Both the position numbers and the translations under genes were made by a program. A stretch of 64,000 bases of DNA, from the NCBI GenBank assembly GCA_022561775.1, contig JADFQO010000012.1:1018-65017 (forward strand), read 5' to 3'. Source of the stretch: Myxococcales bacterium (GTDB lineage: Bacteria; Myxococcota_A; UBA9160; SMWR01). Of the stretch, positions 1-8,733 are shown in pieces. Within the stretch, counting starts at the first letter, position 1. Each line of letters begins with the position of its first letter. A model generated the notes under the pieces. The model made no database searches, was not told the origin of the DNA, and saw only the letters and a list, made by a program, of their open reading frames with translations.

Positions 1-650
1 AAGAAGTAGGCGAACACCACGCCCAGCGTCCCGAGTGCCATCAGCGAACGCAATCCCGAGCAGGCCTCTGCGACGAAGAGTTGGGTATCCACCAGGTGAA
101 TGATGTTTCCCTCCCGCAGGGCCGGGATATGCAGCAGGTGGAGCGTCTCGACGGCGAAATCCGCAGCGATCAGTTGGAGGGGAAACGCGACCACATTCAC
201 GAAGGATTGCGGGAGCGGCACCATGAAGAACAGGAAGAGCATCGGGAACGCGAGGACTCGAAAGACTTCGCGACCGAGCAAGAGGATCTGGAGGCCGATG
301 AGCGTCAGCACGAAGGAGGTGCGCATCGCGGTCAGTTCGACGCCGAGCCGACCGATCACCAGAGCGAGGGATCCGAGCGCGAGAGGGAGCAAGCCCCACC
401 AGGAGGGTCGGACGGTCGCACGGCGGAGCTCGTGCCGGCGCTCCCACGCGAAGTAAAGCGCGAGCGGGCCGACGAGAAAGCCGTGGGAGTAATCGTCGAC
501 CGCCCCCCAATGTAGGAACATGTAGTAGAGGATCGGGCCGAAGATTCCCAACGCGAGAGCGCTGGTGGCCCCCGCGTAGAGGATCGACGTTCGACGCTCG
601 CGTGCGTCGCGCGCGAGAACCGCAACCGCGTCCGTCGTCGCTTCGGTCAT
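1..650 (-). CDS. exosortase (EpsH/XrtA-like), N-terminal part only; the C-terminus lies beyond the window start
   Basis: Absent from the ORF track because it runs off the edge. My minus-strand translation from ATG (650-648) reads MTEATTDAVAVLARD...WGAVDDYSHGFLVGPLALYFAWERR...FMVPLPQSF...DTQLFVAEACSGLRSLMALGTLGVVFAYF. It has several hydrophobic spans and the exosortase-type catalytic Cys context (ACSGxRS). Confidence 0.85.
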   Translation of the reverse strand, partial: MTEATTDAVAVLARDARERRTSILYAGATSALALGIFGPILYYMFLHWGAVDDYSHGFLVGPLALYFAWERRHELRRATVRPSWWGLLPLALGSLALVIGRLGVELTAMRTSFVLTLIGLQILLLGREVFRVLAFPMLFLFFMVPLPQSFVNVVAFPLQLIAADFAVETLHLLHIPALREGNIIHLVDTQLFVAEACSGLRSLMALGTLGVVFAYF

Positions 651-687
651 ATTGGGCTCGAACCCCTCGTCGAGTATTCCCGTCCGT

Positions 688-870
688 CTAGAAGAGCGCG
701 TAGATGAAAGGTGCGACCGCCGAGCCTTCTGTGAGCACGATCAAGACCGAGAGCAGCAGGATCGTGGCCACGATCGGCCCCAACCACCACTTCTTCCGGA
801 CCTTCATGAAGGACCAGAGTTCGCCAAAGATCAAGAGCCGATCGCGAAAGTCTCCGCTGGAACGCGCCAT
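688..870 (-). CDS. DUF5989-type small membrane protein (60 aa)
   Basis: Internal ATG of track ORF 688..1431(-): MARSSGDFRDRLLIFGELWSFMKVRKKWWLGPIVATILLLSVLIVLTEGSAVAPFIYALF. The motif W-F-KxRKK-WW-P, one TM and SGSAVAPFIY-LF match the mini-protein usually found next to NodU-type carbamoyltransferases. Confidence 0.7.
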   Translation of the reverse strand: MARSSGDFRDRLLIFGELWSFMKVRKKWWLGPIVATILLLSVLIVLTEGSAVAPFIYALF

Positions 871-920
871 CCAATTCTCCTTGTTGACGACGGTGCGGCC
901 ACCCGCCCCGTCGCGCACCA

Positions 921-2660
921 TCAATCCAGTTCGTAACGCTCGCGCCAGTCGAAGTCTTCGACCAGTTCGGGCTGATCCTCCTTGAGGAGGATCTGGTTGC
1001 CGAGCACGAGAACGTCCATCTGGGTTCGCATGAAGCAGAGGTAGGCGTCGTCGGGCGTGCAGACGATCGGTTCCCCGCGGACATTGAACGAGGTGTTGAT
1101 CAATACGGGGCAACCCGTTCGTTCGTCGAACGCCGACAGCAGATCGTAGAAATCGGGGTGGCTTTCCCGCGTGACCGTCTGCAGCCGCGCGGAGCCGTCC
1201 ACATGCGTCACGGCGGGGATGCGCTTTCCCTGCTGGACCTGGCATACCAGGAGCATGTAGGGGCTCTCGCGATCGATGTCGAACCACTCGGAGGCCTTCT
1301 CGGCGAGGACCGCGGGCGCAAACGGCCGGAAGCTCTCCCGAAATTTGATCTTCAGGTTCACCCGCTTCCAATTCTCCTGGTTGCGCGCATCGGCGAGGAT
1401 GCTGCGACTCCCGAGCGAGCGGGGGCCCCATTCGAGGCGGCCCTGGAACCAGCCGACCACCAACTGATCATCGCTCAATCGGCGCGCGGTTTCGGCGATC
1501 ATCTCGGCGCGAGGCAGGCTCCGATAGTGGGCTCCCCGGGCGCCGAGGGTACTACGGATGGCTTCGTCCGAAAAACTCGGTCCCCAAAAGGCGTGCTCCA
1601 TGCGGGTCTTGCGCGGATTGTCGAGTACGCAGTTGTCGACGAACAGCGCCGCGCCGAGCGCGCCGCCCGCGTCCCCCGCAGCCGGTTGGACCCATAGGTT
1701 CTCGAACGGGCCCTCGCGGACGATCCGTCCGTTGGCAACGCAGTTGAGCGCGACACCGCCCGCCATGCAGAGGTTCTTCAGGCCCGTTCTCTGGTGGAGA
1801 TCACGCACGATGCGCAGCATGATCTCCTCGGTCACGCGCTGGACGCTCGCCGCGATGTCCCAGTGGAATTGTTCCATCTCCGACTCGGATTTGCGACGGG
1901 GCTTGCCGAACAGTGCGTCGAACCTGCGGTTGGTCATCGTCAAGCCGTAGTCGTAGGCGAAGTATTTCATGTTGAGCCTGAACGACCCGTCTTCGCGCAC
2001 GTCGATGAGTTGGTCGAAGATCAGGTCGGTGTACTTCGGGTCGCCGTAGGGTGCGGCACCCATGACCTTGTATTCGGCGCTGTTGACCTTGAAGCCGAGG
2101 TAATAGGTGAACGCGCTGTAGAGCAGGCCCAGCGAGTGGGGGAAGCGGATCTCCTTGACCAATTCGAACTGGTTTCCCCGTCCCACGCCCTGTGTGGTGG
2201 TCGCCCACTCGCCGACGCCATCGCAGGTGAGGATTGCGGCTTCCTCGAACGGGGAGGGCAGGAAGGCCGACGCAGCGTGGCTTTGGTGGTGCTCGGCGAA
2301 GAGCACTTCACCCTTGAAGCCGAGCTTATCGTGGATGAGGCGAGGCACCCAGAGCTTTTCCTTGAGCCAGATCGGGATCGACTTGCTGAACGACGGGAGC
2401 GAACGCGGAAACGTCGAGAGATAGGTGATCAGGATCCGCTCGAACTTCACGAACGGCTTGTCGTAGAACGCCACGTAGTCGATCTCGCCGATCGAAAGTC
2501 CGGCCTCCTGAAGGCAGTACTTCACGGCCTCGGCCGGAAGGTTGGGATCGTGGCGCTTGCGGGTGAATCGCTCCTCGTGCGCGGCGGCGACCAGTTTGCC
2601 ATCGCAGAGCAAGGCCGCTGCGGCGTCGTGATAGAAGCAGGAAATTCCGAGAATGTTCAC
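921..2660 (-). CDS. carbamoyltransferase (NodU/CmcH family)
   Basis: 579-aa ORF. N-terminus MNILGISCFYHDAAAALLCDGKLVAAAHEERFTRKRHD. Also HHQSHAASAF, GGVALNCVANG and C-terminal TSFNVRGEPIVCTPDDAY, typical of the Carbam_trans N and C domains. Confidence 0.9.
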   Translation of the reverse strand: MNILGISCFYHDAAAALLCDGKLVAAAHEERFTRKRHDPNLPAEAVKYCLQEAGLSIGEIDYVAFYDKPFVKFERILITYLSTFPRSLPSFSKSIPIWLKEKLWVPRLIHDKLGFKGEVLFAEHHQSHAASAFLPSPFEEAAILTCDGVGEWATTTQGVGRGNQFELVKEIRFPHSLGLLYSAFTYYLGFKVNSAEYKVMGAAPYGDPKYTDLIFDQLIDVREDGSFRLNMKYFAYDYGLTMTNRRFDALFGKPRRKSESEMEQFHWDIAASVQRVTEEIMLRIVRDLHQRTGLKNLCMAGGVALNCVANGRIVREGPFENLWVQPAAGDAGGALGAALFVDNCVLDNPRKTRMEHAFWGPSFSDEAIRSTLGARGAHYRSLPRAEMIAETARRLSDDQLVVGWFQGRLEWGPRSLGSRSILADARNQENWKRVNLKIKFRESFRPFAPAVLAEKASEWFDIDRESPYMLLVCQVQQGKRIPAVTHVDGSARLQTVTRESHPDFYDLLSAFDERTGCPVLINTSFNVRGEPIVCTPDDAYLCFMRTQMDVLVLGNQILLKEDQPELVEDFDWRERYELD

Positions 2661-2682
2661 GCGCTACTCCGGGTTCCGACGC

Positions 2683-2940
2683 CTAGGAAAGAAGCTTGGC
2701 CCGCTCGAGGTCCGGCTTTGCGGTATCCGCGTCCAGCCAAGCGGATTCAACCGCCTTCAAACCGCGTTTTGCCAACAGGTCACTTCGACCGATCGCGAGC
2801 GCGAGGCCAACCGGTCCGATCAGCAGCCCGTATGTCATGACCAGGATCATCAACGTCTGTACCAAGGCAAATCGACCGGCGATCGTCGTCCACCCATTGA
2901 GTAGCCGTCGACCCAGGGAGGGTGTCTTCTGATCCGTCAT
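2683..2940 (-). CDS. small membrane protein, possibly SxtJ-like
   Basis: 85-aa ORF with GGGAGGG RBS 5 nt upstream. A hydrophobic core (FALVQTLMILVMTYGLLIGPVGLALAI) sits directly upstream of the carbamoyltransferase. The family assignment is tentative. Confidence 0.5.
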   Translation of the reverse strand: MTDQKTPSLGRRLLNGWTTIAGRFALVQTLMILVMTYGLLIGPVGLALAIGRSDLLAKRGLKAVESAWLDADTAKPDLERAKLLS

Positions 2941-3169
2941 GCAATCCCTCCCAATTCTCCCAATTTCTCGGAGTCTACTTCGGTTAGTTGCGCGTTGGAG
3001 TAAAGCCGCTCCAACAGCTCAGGTCGGTGAGGCCGCCCTGAAGGTATTTGGACCCACATTTGTTCAGCGGTCGCTGATTATCGCTCATTTTCCCCAAGTT
3101 TGGAACACGAAACGGAACCGAATTGCCGATATGGGAAAAATTGTTCCGTAGGGAAAAACTTCTTCCCTT

Positions 3170-3187
3170 TGAAGGAAATTTCTTTCA
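3170..3187. promoter_or_regulatory. 18-bp near-palindrome TGAAGGAAATTTCTTTCA; candidate operator in the divergent control region
   Basis: 16 of 18 positions are self-complementary. It lies in an AT-richer patch next to two GGGAA..TTCC(C) inverted repeats (3133-3147, 3151-3167), between divergent operons. Confidence 0.3.
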
Positions 3188-3340
3188 CACTACGGCCTCG
3201 GCTTCGAGTCAGGATCGAATCCACCGGGTTTGCGGATCGAAGCCGATCCGAGGGGGTCGCTGGCAGTCGTCGTTCGAGGCAGGAGTTGTCGTTCGAGGCG
3301 GATCGCGCCAAAAGAGGGAGTGTCGTGAGGGAGCGTTTGA

Positions 3341-4762
3341 ATGGCTGACCGATTCCGGGTGTTGGTGATCGACGACGATCCCGGGGTACGGGACTACATG
3401 GAGGCGCTGGTCTCCCGTCAGGGATACGAGGTTTTCGCCGCGGTCGATGGCGAGGAGGCTCTGCGAAATCTCGATACCACCCGCCCCGATCTGGTCACCC
3501 TCGATGTGGTCCTGCCCGGAATGGACGGCCTAAAGACCCTCGACAAGCTCAAACAGCGTTTGCCCGACGTGCCGGTCGTGATGCTTTCGGGTCACGGACA
3601 GGCGCGAAACATCGTCGAAGCCATGCGGCGCGGAGCGTCCGATTTCCTCCGCAAACCTTTCGAGGTCGAGGAGCTCGAACTCGCCTTTCAGAAGGCCCTC
3701 GAAAAGCGCGCCCTCAAGCAGGAGGTCGCGCGCCTGCGTGGTCAAGCGCGCTCCGAAGCCGATTTCATGTTGCTGACGGGCGACAATCCGAAGATGCGCG
3801 AGATTCGCGACATCATCGAGCAGGTCGCGGATACGGATATCACGGTGCTGATCCGGGGCGAAAGCGGGACCGGCAAAGAGGTCGTGGCGAGGACCCTGTT
3901 CCAGCTCTCCGATCGCCGCAACCAGCCCTTTGTCAAGGTGAACTGCGCCGCGCTACCCTCCGAGCTGCTCGAGAGCGAGCTGTTCGGCTTCGAGAAGGGC
4001 GCCTTCACAGGGGCGCACAAGAGGAAGCTCGGCAAGTTCGAGTACGCGAATCATGGAACGATCTTCCTGGACGAGATCAGCGAGATGCACCCGTCGCTCC
4101 AGGCGAAGCTCTTGCAAGTCCTGCAGGATGGCGAGTTCTCGCGTCTCGGAAGCGAATCGGATGTCCACGTCGACACGCGCATCATCGCCGCCACCAATCG
4201 GAACCTCGAAGAGGCGGTTGCCGACGGCACGTTCCGAGAAGACCTCTACTACCGGCTCAACGTGGTGACCGTCCAGCTGCCGCCACTCCGCGATCGCAGG
4301 GAGGCCGTTCCGCTGCTGGTCGAGCAGTTCCTGCAGAAGAACAACGAGCAATACCACAAGAATGTGACCCAGTTGTCGCCCGAGACGATGGAGATCTTCA
4401 CGAAATACCACTGGCCTGGAAATGTTCGGGAACTCGAGAATCTGGTTCGCCGAATGGTAGTATTGGGCAATGAAGACGCCGTCGTCGAGGAAATCAAGCT
4501 CACCGGCTCACGCCAGCAGGCACGTGAAGAAGCCAGTGATTCCCTGGACCTGGGGGCCCTGGGTGCAGATTTCTCGAGTGAGCAAGGGATCGACCTAAAG
4601 GCAATCTCCCGGCGTGCCGCTCAACTAGCCGAGAAGGGGGTCATCGAGAAGGTCCTGCAGGCGACGCGCTGGAATCGAAAAGAAGCCGCTCAGCGCCTGC
4701 AGATCAGCTACAAGGCCCTGCTCTACAAAATGAAGGAGAATGGACTCAGCCAGAACCGCTGA
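3341..4762 (+). CDS. sigma-54-dependent response regulator (NtrC family; PrsR-like candidate), no adjacent kinase
   Basis: Receiver domain (RVLVIDDD...DLVTLDVVLPGMDG...FLRKPF). AAA+ sigma-54 interaction domain (GESGTGKE, ESELFGFEKGAFTGA, RIIAATN). C-terminal Fis-type HTH (NRKEAAQRLQISYKALLYKM). Confidence 0.9.
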   Translation: MADRFRVLVIDDDPGVRDYMEALVSRQGYEVFAAVDGEEALRNLDTTRPDLVTLDVVLPGMDGLKTLDKLKQRLPDVPVVMLSGHGQARNIVEAMRRGASDFLRKPFEVEELELAFQKALEKRALKQEVARLRGQARSEADFMLLTGDNPKMREIRDIIEQVADTDITVLIRGESGTGKEVVARTLFQLSDRRNQPFVKVNCAALPSELLESELFGFEKGAFTGAHKRKLGKFEYANHGTIFLDEISEMHPSLQAKLLQVLQDGEFSRLGSESDVHVDTRIIAATNRNLEEAVADGTFREDLYYRLNVVTVQLPPLRDRREAVPLLVEQFLQKNNEQYHKNVTQLSPETMEIFTKYHWPGNVRELENLVRRMVVLGNEDAVVEEIKLTGSRQQAREEASDSLDLGALGADFSSEQGIDLKAISRRAAQLAEKGVIEKVLQATRWNRKEAAQRLQISYKALLYKMKENGLSQNR

Positions 4763-4781
4763 GTCCAGAACGGAACCGAAG

Positions 4782-5402
4782 ATGAAACACTCGATGCGTG
4801 GGGTGGCGCGGCGAGGCTCGTCGGTGCTTGCTGTTCTGCTGATGGGGCCCCTCTGGGGTTGCCAATCGCGAAATCTCAGCCCGCCGCCGCTCGACCCCGA
4901 TCCGATGGATCGGTCGGGCTATGTGGTCGGCGTCCAGGACGTCCTCCAGATCAGCGTATGGAAGAACGAGGAGTTGAGCGTGGTGGTTCCCGTTCGCTCC
5001 GACGGGAAGATCTCGGTTCCGCTCGTGGACGACGTGCAGGCCGAAGGACTCGAGGCGATGGAGATCAAGGAGGTTCTCACCAGGGAGCTTTCCGAATTCA
5101 TCACGGCACCCGACGTCACCGTGGTCGTGCTCGAGATGAACAGCAAATACGTGAACGTGATCGGAGAGGTCCTGCGCAGCGGTCAGATACCGCTCGTCAA
5201 CGACCTCCGGGTTCTCGAGGCCATCGCGATGATGGGTGGTTTCGCGCTCTTTGCAAACAAAGGAGACGTTCGAATCGTGCGGCGTCAGCCCGATGGCAGC
5301 GAGATCGAATTCCGATTCGACTACAACGCCTACATCAAGGGGCGGGCGCCCGGCACAAACATCGTGCTTCGCAGTGGCGACACGATCATTGTTCTAGAGT
5401 AA
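4782..5402 (+). CDS. polysaccharide export lipoprotein (Wza/Poly_export + SLBB, PEP-CTERM-locus type)
   Basis: Lipobox LLMGPLWGC, then YVVGVQDVLQISVWKNEELS..VRSDGKISVPLVDDVQAEG and SLBB-like VNVIGEV..PG. The start was chosen downstream of the preceding stop at 4762. Confidence 0.85.
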   Translation: MKHSMRGVARRGSSVLAVLLMGPLWGCQSRNLSPPPLDPDPMDRSGYVVGVQDVLQISVWKNEELSVVVPVRSDGKISVPLVDDVQAEGLEAMEIKEVLTRELSEFITAPDVTVVVLEMNSKYVNVIGEVLRSGQIPLVNDLRVLEAIAMMGGFALFANKGDVRIVRRQPDGSEIEFRFDYNAYIKGRAPGTNIVLRSGDTIIVLE

Positions 5403-5431
5403 CAGCGAGAGCAAGGGATCCCGGAGGGCCT

Positions 5432-7060
5432 ATGTGGTATGTACGCGCGTCATGGATAGTCATTCTGGTTGGTTTCGCGGGGGTCGCAAAGGCGGTCGAC
5501 CTGGACCTTTCGATGACGACCACGGTCGGCTACGACGACAATGTCTTTCGAACGGACAAAGATACGAAGGACGACGCCTCGTTCCGCTTCGGACCCACCG
5601 TCCGGGTCCGCGACGAGACCTCCGATCTCTCCTACAATGTCTCCTACAACCCCGTCTACGAAAAATTCGTGACCTGGACAGACGCCGATGATCTGTCGCA
5701 CTTTGTGCACGGCGCCCTCGAGTATCAGCTCAGCGATCAAACGCTCTTGAGTCTGTCCGAGAACTTTCGTTTTGCCCAATCCCTCAATCGAGGGCCGCTC
5801 ATCGCAAACAAGGACGCCACCGGCACCGATATCGAACCGATTCCGGAAACCGAAGTTCAGCACGATGACGTCTACTGGAATACCGCGAGCGCCTCGGTGA
5901 TCCACGACTTCAGCGCGCACACCCAGGGTGAATTCACGCTCAGCCAAGCTTACTTCGATTCGGAGCGTGACAATACCTCCAAGAACAACTCGCTTTCCGG
6001 TTTTGCGAACGTCATGCACTCGCTCACCGCGCGCGACCAGCTGGGTGTTGGCGGAGGCGTAGACTGGCAGCGCTTCGACGGCGTTCGCGGGCAGCCGCAA
6101 TCCGACACGTTCATCTTCCGGCTCATCGGATCCTGGATCCACAACTTTGGCCAGGACACCGAGCTCATCGTTCGGGTCGGTCCGGCAGTGATCTACACCG
6201 ATCAGAACAATGGTCGTACCACGTCGGAGGACCTCTATCCCCACTTTGTGGTGAACGGCCTGACCATCGGGGATGCGTACGATGCGCTCGGCCTGAAGGT
6301 GCCCACCCAATTGTTCGACCTCAATGGAGTCACGCTCAATGCCTTCGATCCGCTCAGCCCGAATAGCGTGTTGATTCCGGATGTTAGCAACTGCCAGGAT
6401 ACGGCTTTCGTGAGCGGCCAACCGGTATTCGATCAGTCGAATTGTTCGTTCAATGTGGTTGTCGATTCGGCGGCATTCCCGGGGGTCGTCACTGCAATCA
6501 CTACCGCGCCAAGGGTCAATCTCAATTACGTCTCCAGCAACGCCGGAGAGAGCGACACGGAGGTCACCGTGTTCGGCGAGGTCAGCATCTCCCATCACTG
6601 GTTCCCGGAGCTGTCATCGCGTGTGAGCTACAGCCGGAGCGACTCGGGAGCGACCAGTCTCGGATCCAGTACGGTCGCGGACCGCGCAATGCTCGAGACC
6701 GTCTGGACCCCGACGCGTCGCTGGGATCTGAGTGTGCGCGGCGACTGGGTGCAGCGCAAATCCGCCAACGACATTACCAATACCTTTCTGGTCATCTCTG
6801 ACACGAACCTTGGGCCCCTTAACAACGTCGTCACGAGCACGGCGCTGGTCGCCGGCAAGACCGGCGGCGCGGTCGATACCGAATACTGGCGAGCAGCCGG
6901 ACGAGCCGCCTACCGGACTTCGCGCCGGAGTACGGTCTCGCTGCGCGCCAGCTATCAGCATCAGGACACCAACCGTGGCTCCTCGCGGACCAATGCGACC
7001 TTCGAAAACGTAACCGTGATGCTGGGCTTCCGATACGATCTCGATCCATTCCACTTCTAG
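5432..7060 (+). CDS. outer-membrane beta-barrel protein of the EPS locus (function unknown)
   Basis: Signal peptide MWYVRASWIVILVGFAGVAKA, alternating beta-strand-like sequence, terminal ...RYDLDPFHF (C-terminal Phe). RBS GGAGGG at 5424. The upstream part of track ORF 4859..7060 is an out-of-context extension. Confidence 0.7.
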   Translation: MWYVRASWIVILVGFAGVAKAVDLDLSMTTTVGYDDNVFRTDKDTKDDASFRFGPTVRVRDETSDLSYNVSYNPVYEKFVTWTDADDLSHFVHGALEYQLSDQTLLSLSENFRFAQSLNRGPLIANKDATGTDIEPIPETEVQHDDVYWNTASASVIHDFSAHTQGEFTLSQAYFDSERDNTSKNNSLSGFANVMHSLTARDQLGVGGGVDWQRFDGVRGQPQSDTFIFRLIGSWIHNFGQDTELIVRVGPAVIYTDQNNGRTTSEDLYPHFVVNGLTIGDAYDALGLKVPTQLFDLNGVTLNAFDPLSPNSVLIPDVSNCQDTAFVSGQPVFDQSNCSFNVVVDSAAFPGVVTAITTAPRVNLNYVSSNAGESDTEVTVFGEVSISHHWFPELSSRVSYSRSDSGATSLGSSTVADRAMLETVWTPTRRWDLSVRGDWVQRKSANDITNTFLVISDTNLGPLNNVVTSTALVAGKTGGAVDTEYWRAAGRAAYRTSRRSTVSLRASYQHQDTNRGSSRTNATFENVTVMLGFRYDLDPFHF

Positions 7061-7080
7061 GGGGGTCGGGCGAGGGTTTC

Positions 7081-8727
7081 ATGAACGTCGAGGGTGGAGT
7101 ACAGCTCGCTGAGCTGTGGAGTATCGCGCGCCGTCGTGCCAAGCTGATGGCTGCGGCGTCTCTCGGGATCATGCTCGCCATCTATTGGATCGCGATGGCG
7201 CTCCCGAATCGGTACGAGAGTTATGCGACCGTGCTCGTTACACCGCAGACCGTCGACCCGGCGCTGGTTGCGGCCGGCGTTCCCGAGAGCGATCTCAACA
7301 ATCGTCTGTACCTGATGTCCGCGGAGATCTTGAGTCGCGGGCGACTCTCGAAGGTCATCGACGATCTGCGCCTCTACGGCGCCGAGTCCCAGTACATGGT
7401 GCGCGAGCAAATCATCGATAGGATGCGCGATAGCGTCGACGTTGAGCCCGTGATCCCCGAACTCGGCCAGGAAGTGGGGCGCCGGAGATTCGATGAGGAG
7501 ATCAACCAGTTCAAAATCTCCTTCAGCCATCGAGACGCCAACGTCGCGATGCAGGTTACCCGGCGGCTCTCGCACGACTTCATCGAACAACACATCGAAA
7601 CTCGGATCACGCTTTCACAAAAGAGCCTCGAGTTCATCGACGACGAACTCGCTCGACTCGCAGAGCGGATTCGCGAAATCGAAGCGCGGGTCGCCGAGGT
7701 CAAGAACGCGAACCCCGGCCGCTTGCCCGAGGATATGACCGCCACACAGCGCCGGTTGGAGCGCCTGATGACCGACATGGCGTTCGCCCAGCGCTCTCTC
7801 GCCGAGGCGACCAGCGACGAGGCGTTCTACCGCAGCCAGATCAACAACGCTCCCATGGCGATTGGCGAGATGACACCCGAAAACCGGCTCAAGGTTCTGG
7901 ATCTGCTGATCGCGGAGTACATCGCGAGGGGATTCACCGAAAAGCATCCCGATGTCGTGATGACGAAATTGGAGATCGCAACGCTCAAGCAGGCCATCGC
8001 GCGCGGTGAGGTCGAAATTGCCAAAGGCGGTGATCGGACTCTCAGCTACTCCCAGCAGAACGCCGAGGGCGAGCGGCGACGCGCGGCGTTGCGCAGGGTG
8101 TCTGCCGAAGCTGAAATTGCAAGGCTCCACGCGGCCGTAGATGGGCTCCAGACACTGCTCGCGCAGACGCCCGCAGTGGCCGAAATCCTTGACGGCCTGG
8201 AGCGCGACTACCGCCATCTCTTCGACAGCTATCAGGATTTCAGCAACCGACAGCTCGAGGCGATGGTTCAGGCCCAACTCGAGAGGCGTCAACTCGGCGA
8301 GCAGTTTCGCGTACTCGAGGCCGCCTTCATCGCGCCCGAGGCGGCTTCACCCAATCGCCTCCTGATCATGATTCTCGGTTCGGTCTTTGCGGTCGCGGTC
8401 GGGGTGGGTGTCGGAATCCTGCGGGAGAGCCTGGACTTGTCGCTGCACAGTGCCCGCCAGCTCCAGACGGCCATCTCGATTCCGGTTCTCGCGGCGATCC
8501 CGAACATCCTGCTCGAGGCCGATCTCGCCGCGCTTCGACGCAGCCGGATCTGGACTTCCCTGGGCGCTGCGTTTGTGATCTGCTTTGTACTCGTGGGCGG
8601 TGCAGCGAACTATTTCTGGGTCAACGGCGCGCCGGCTTTTCTCAGCGATGATTCGACCCTCGAAGCGCCGGTCGCGGGCGAATTCGCACCCGCGGAAACC
8701 CGCACCGCCGTGGGCGCGGACGGATAG
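7081..8727 (+). CDS. polysaccharide chain-length determinant (Wzz/GumC-like, PCP family)
   Basis: N-terminal TM (LGIMLAIYWIAMALPNRYES, Wzz motif), a long coiled-coil periplasmic region and a C-terminal TM pair (LLIMILGSVFAVAVGVGVGIL). Confidence 0.85.
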   Translation: MNVEGGVQLAELWSIARRRAKLMAAASLGIMLAIYWIAMALPNRYESYATVLVTPQTVDPALVAAGVPESDLNNRLYLMSAEILSRGRLSKVIDDLRLYGAESQYMVREQIIDRMRDSVDVEPVIPELGQEVGRRRFDEEINQFKISFSHRDANVAMQVTRRLSHDFIEQHIETRITLSQKSLEFIDDELARLAERIREIEARVAEVKNANPGRLPEDMTATQRRLERLMTDMAFAQRSLAEATSDEAFYRSQINNAPMAIGEMTPENRLKVLDLLIAEYIARGFTEKHPDVVMTKLEIATLKQAIARGEVEIAKGGDRTLSYSQQNAEGERRRAALRRVSAEAEIARLHAAVDGLQTLLAQTPAVAEILDGLERDYRHLFDSYQDFSNRQLEAMVQAQLERRQLGEQFRVLEAAFIAPEAASPNRLLIMILGSVFAVAVGVGVGILRESLDLSLHSARQLQTAISIPVLAAIPNILLEADLAALRRSRIWTSLGAAFVICFVLVGGAANYFWVNGAPAFLSDDSTLEAPVAGEFAPAETRTAVGADG

Positions 8728-8733
8728 GCGCCC

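Noticed and set aside
3205-3260. tRNA-like T-loop string GGATCGAATCC
   Set aside because: No complementary T-stem arms, no acceptor stem and no anticodon arm can be drawn around it.
4859-5431. N-terminal 191 codons of track ORF 4859..7060
   Set aside because: This part is Arg/Gly-rich and overlaps the Wza-like export gene in another frame. The real gene starts at ATG 5432, with an RBS and a signal peptide.
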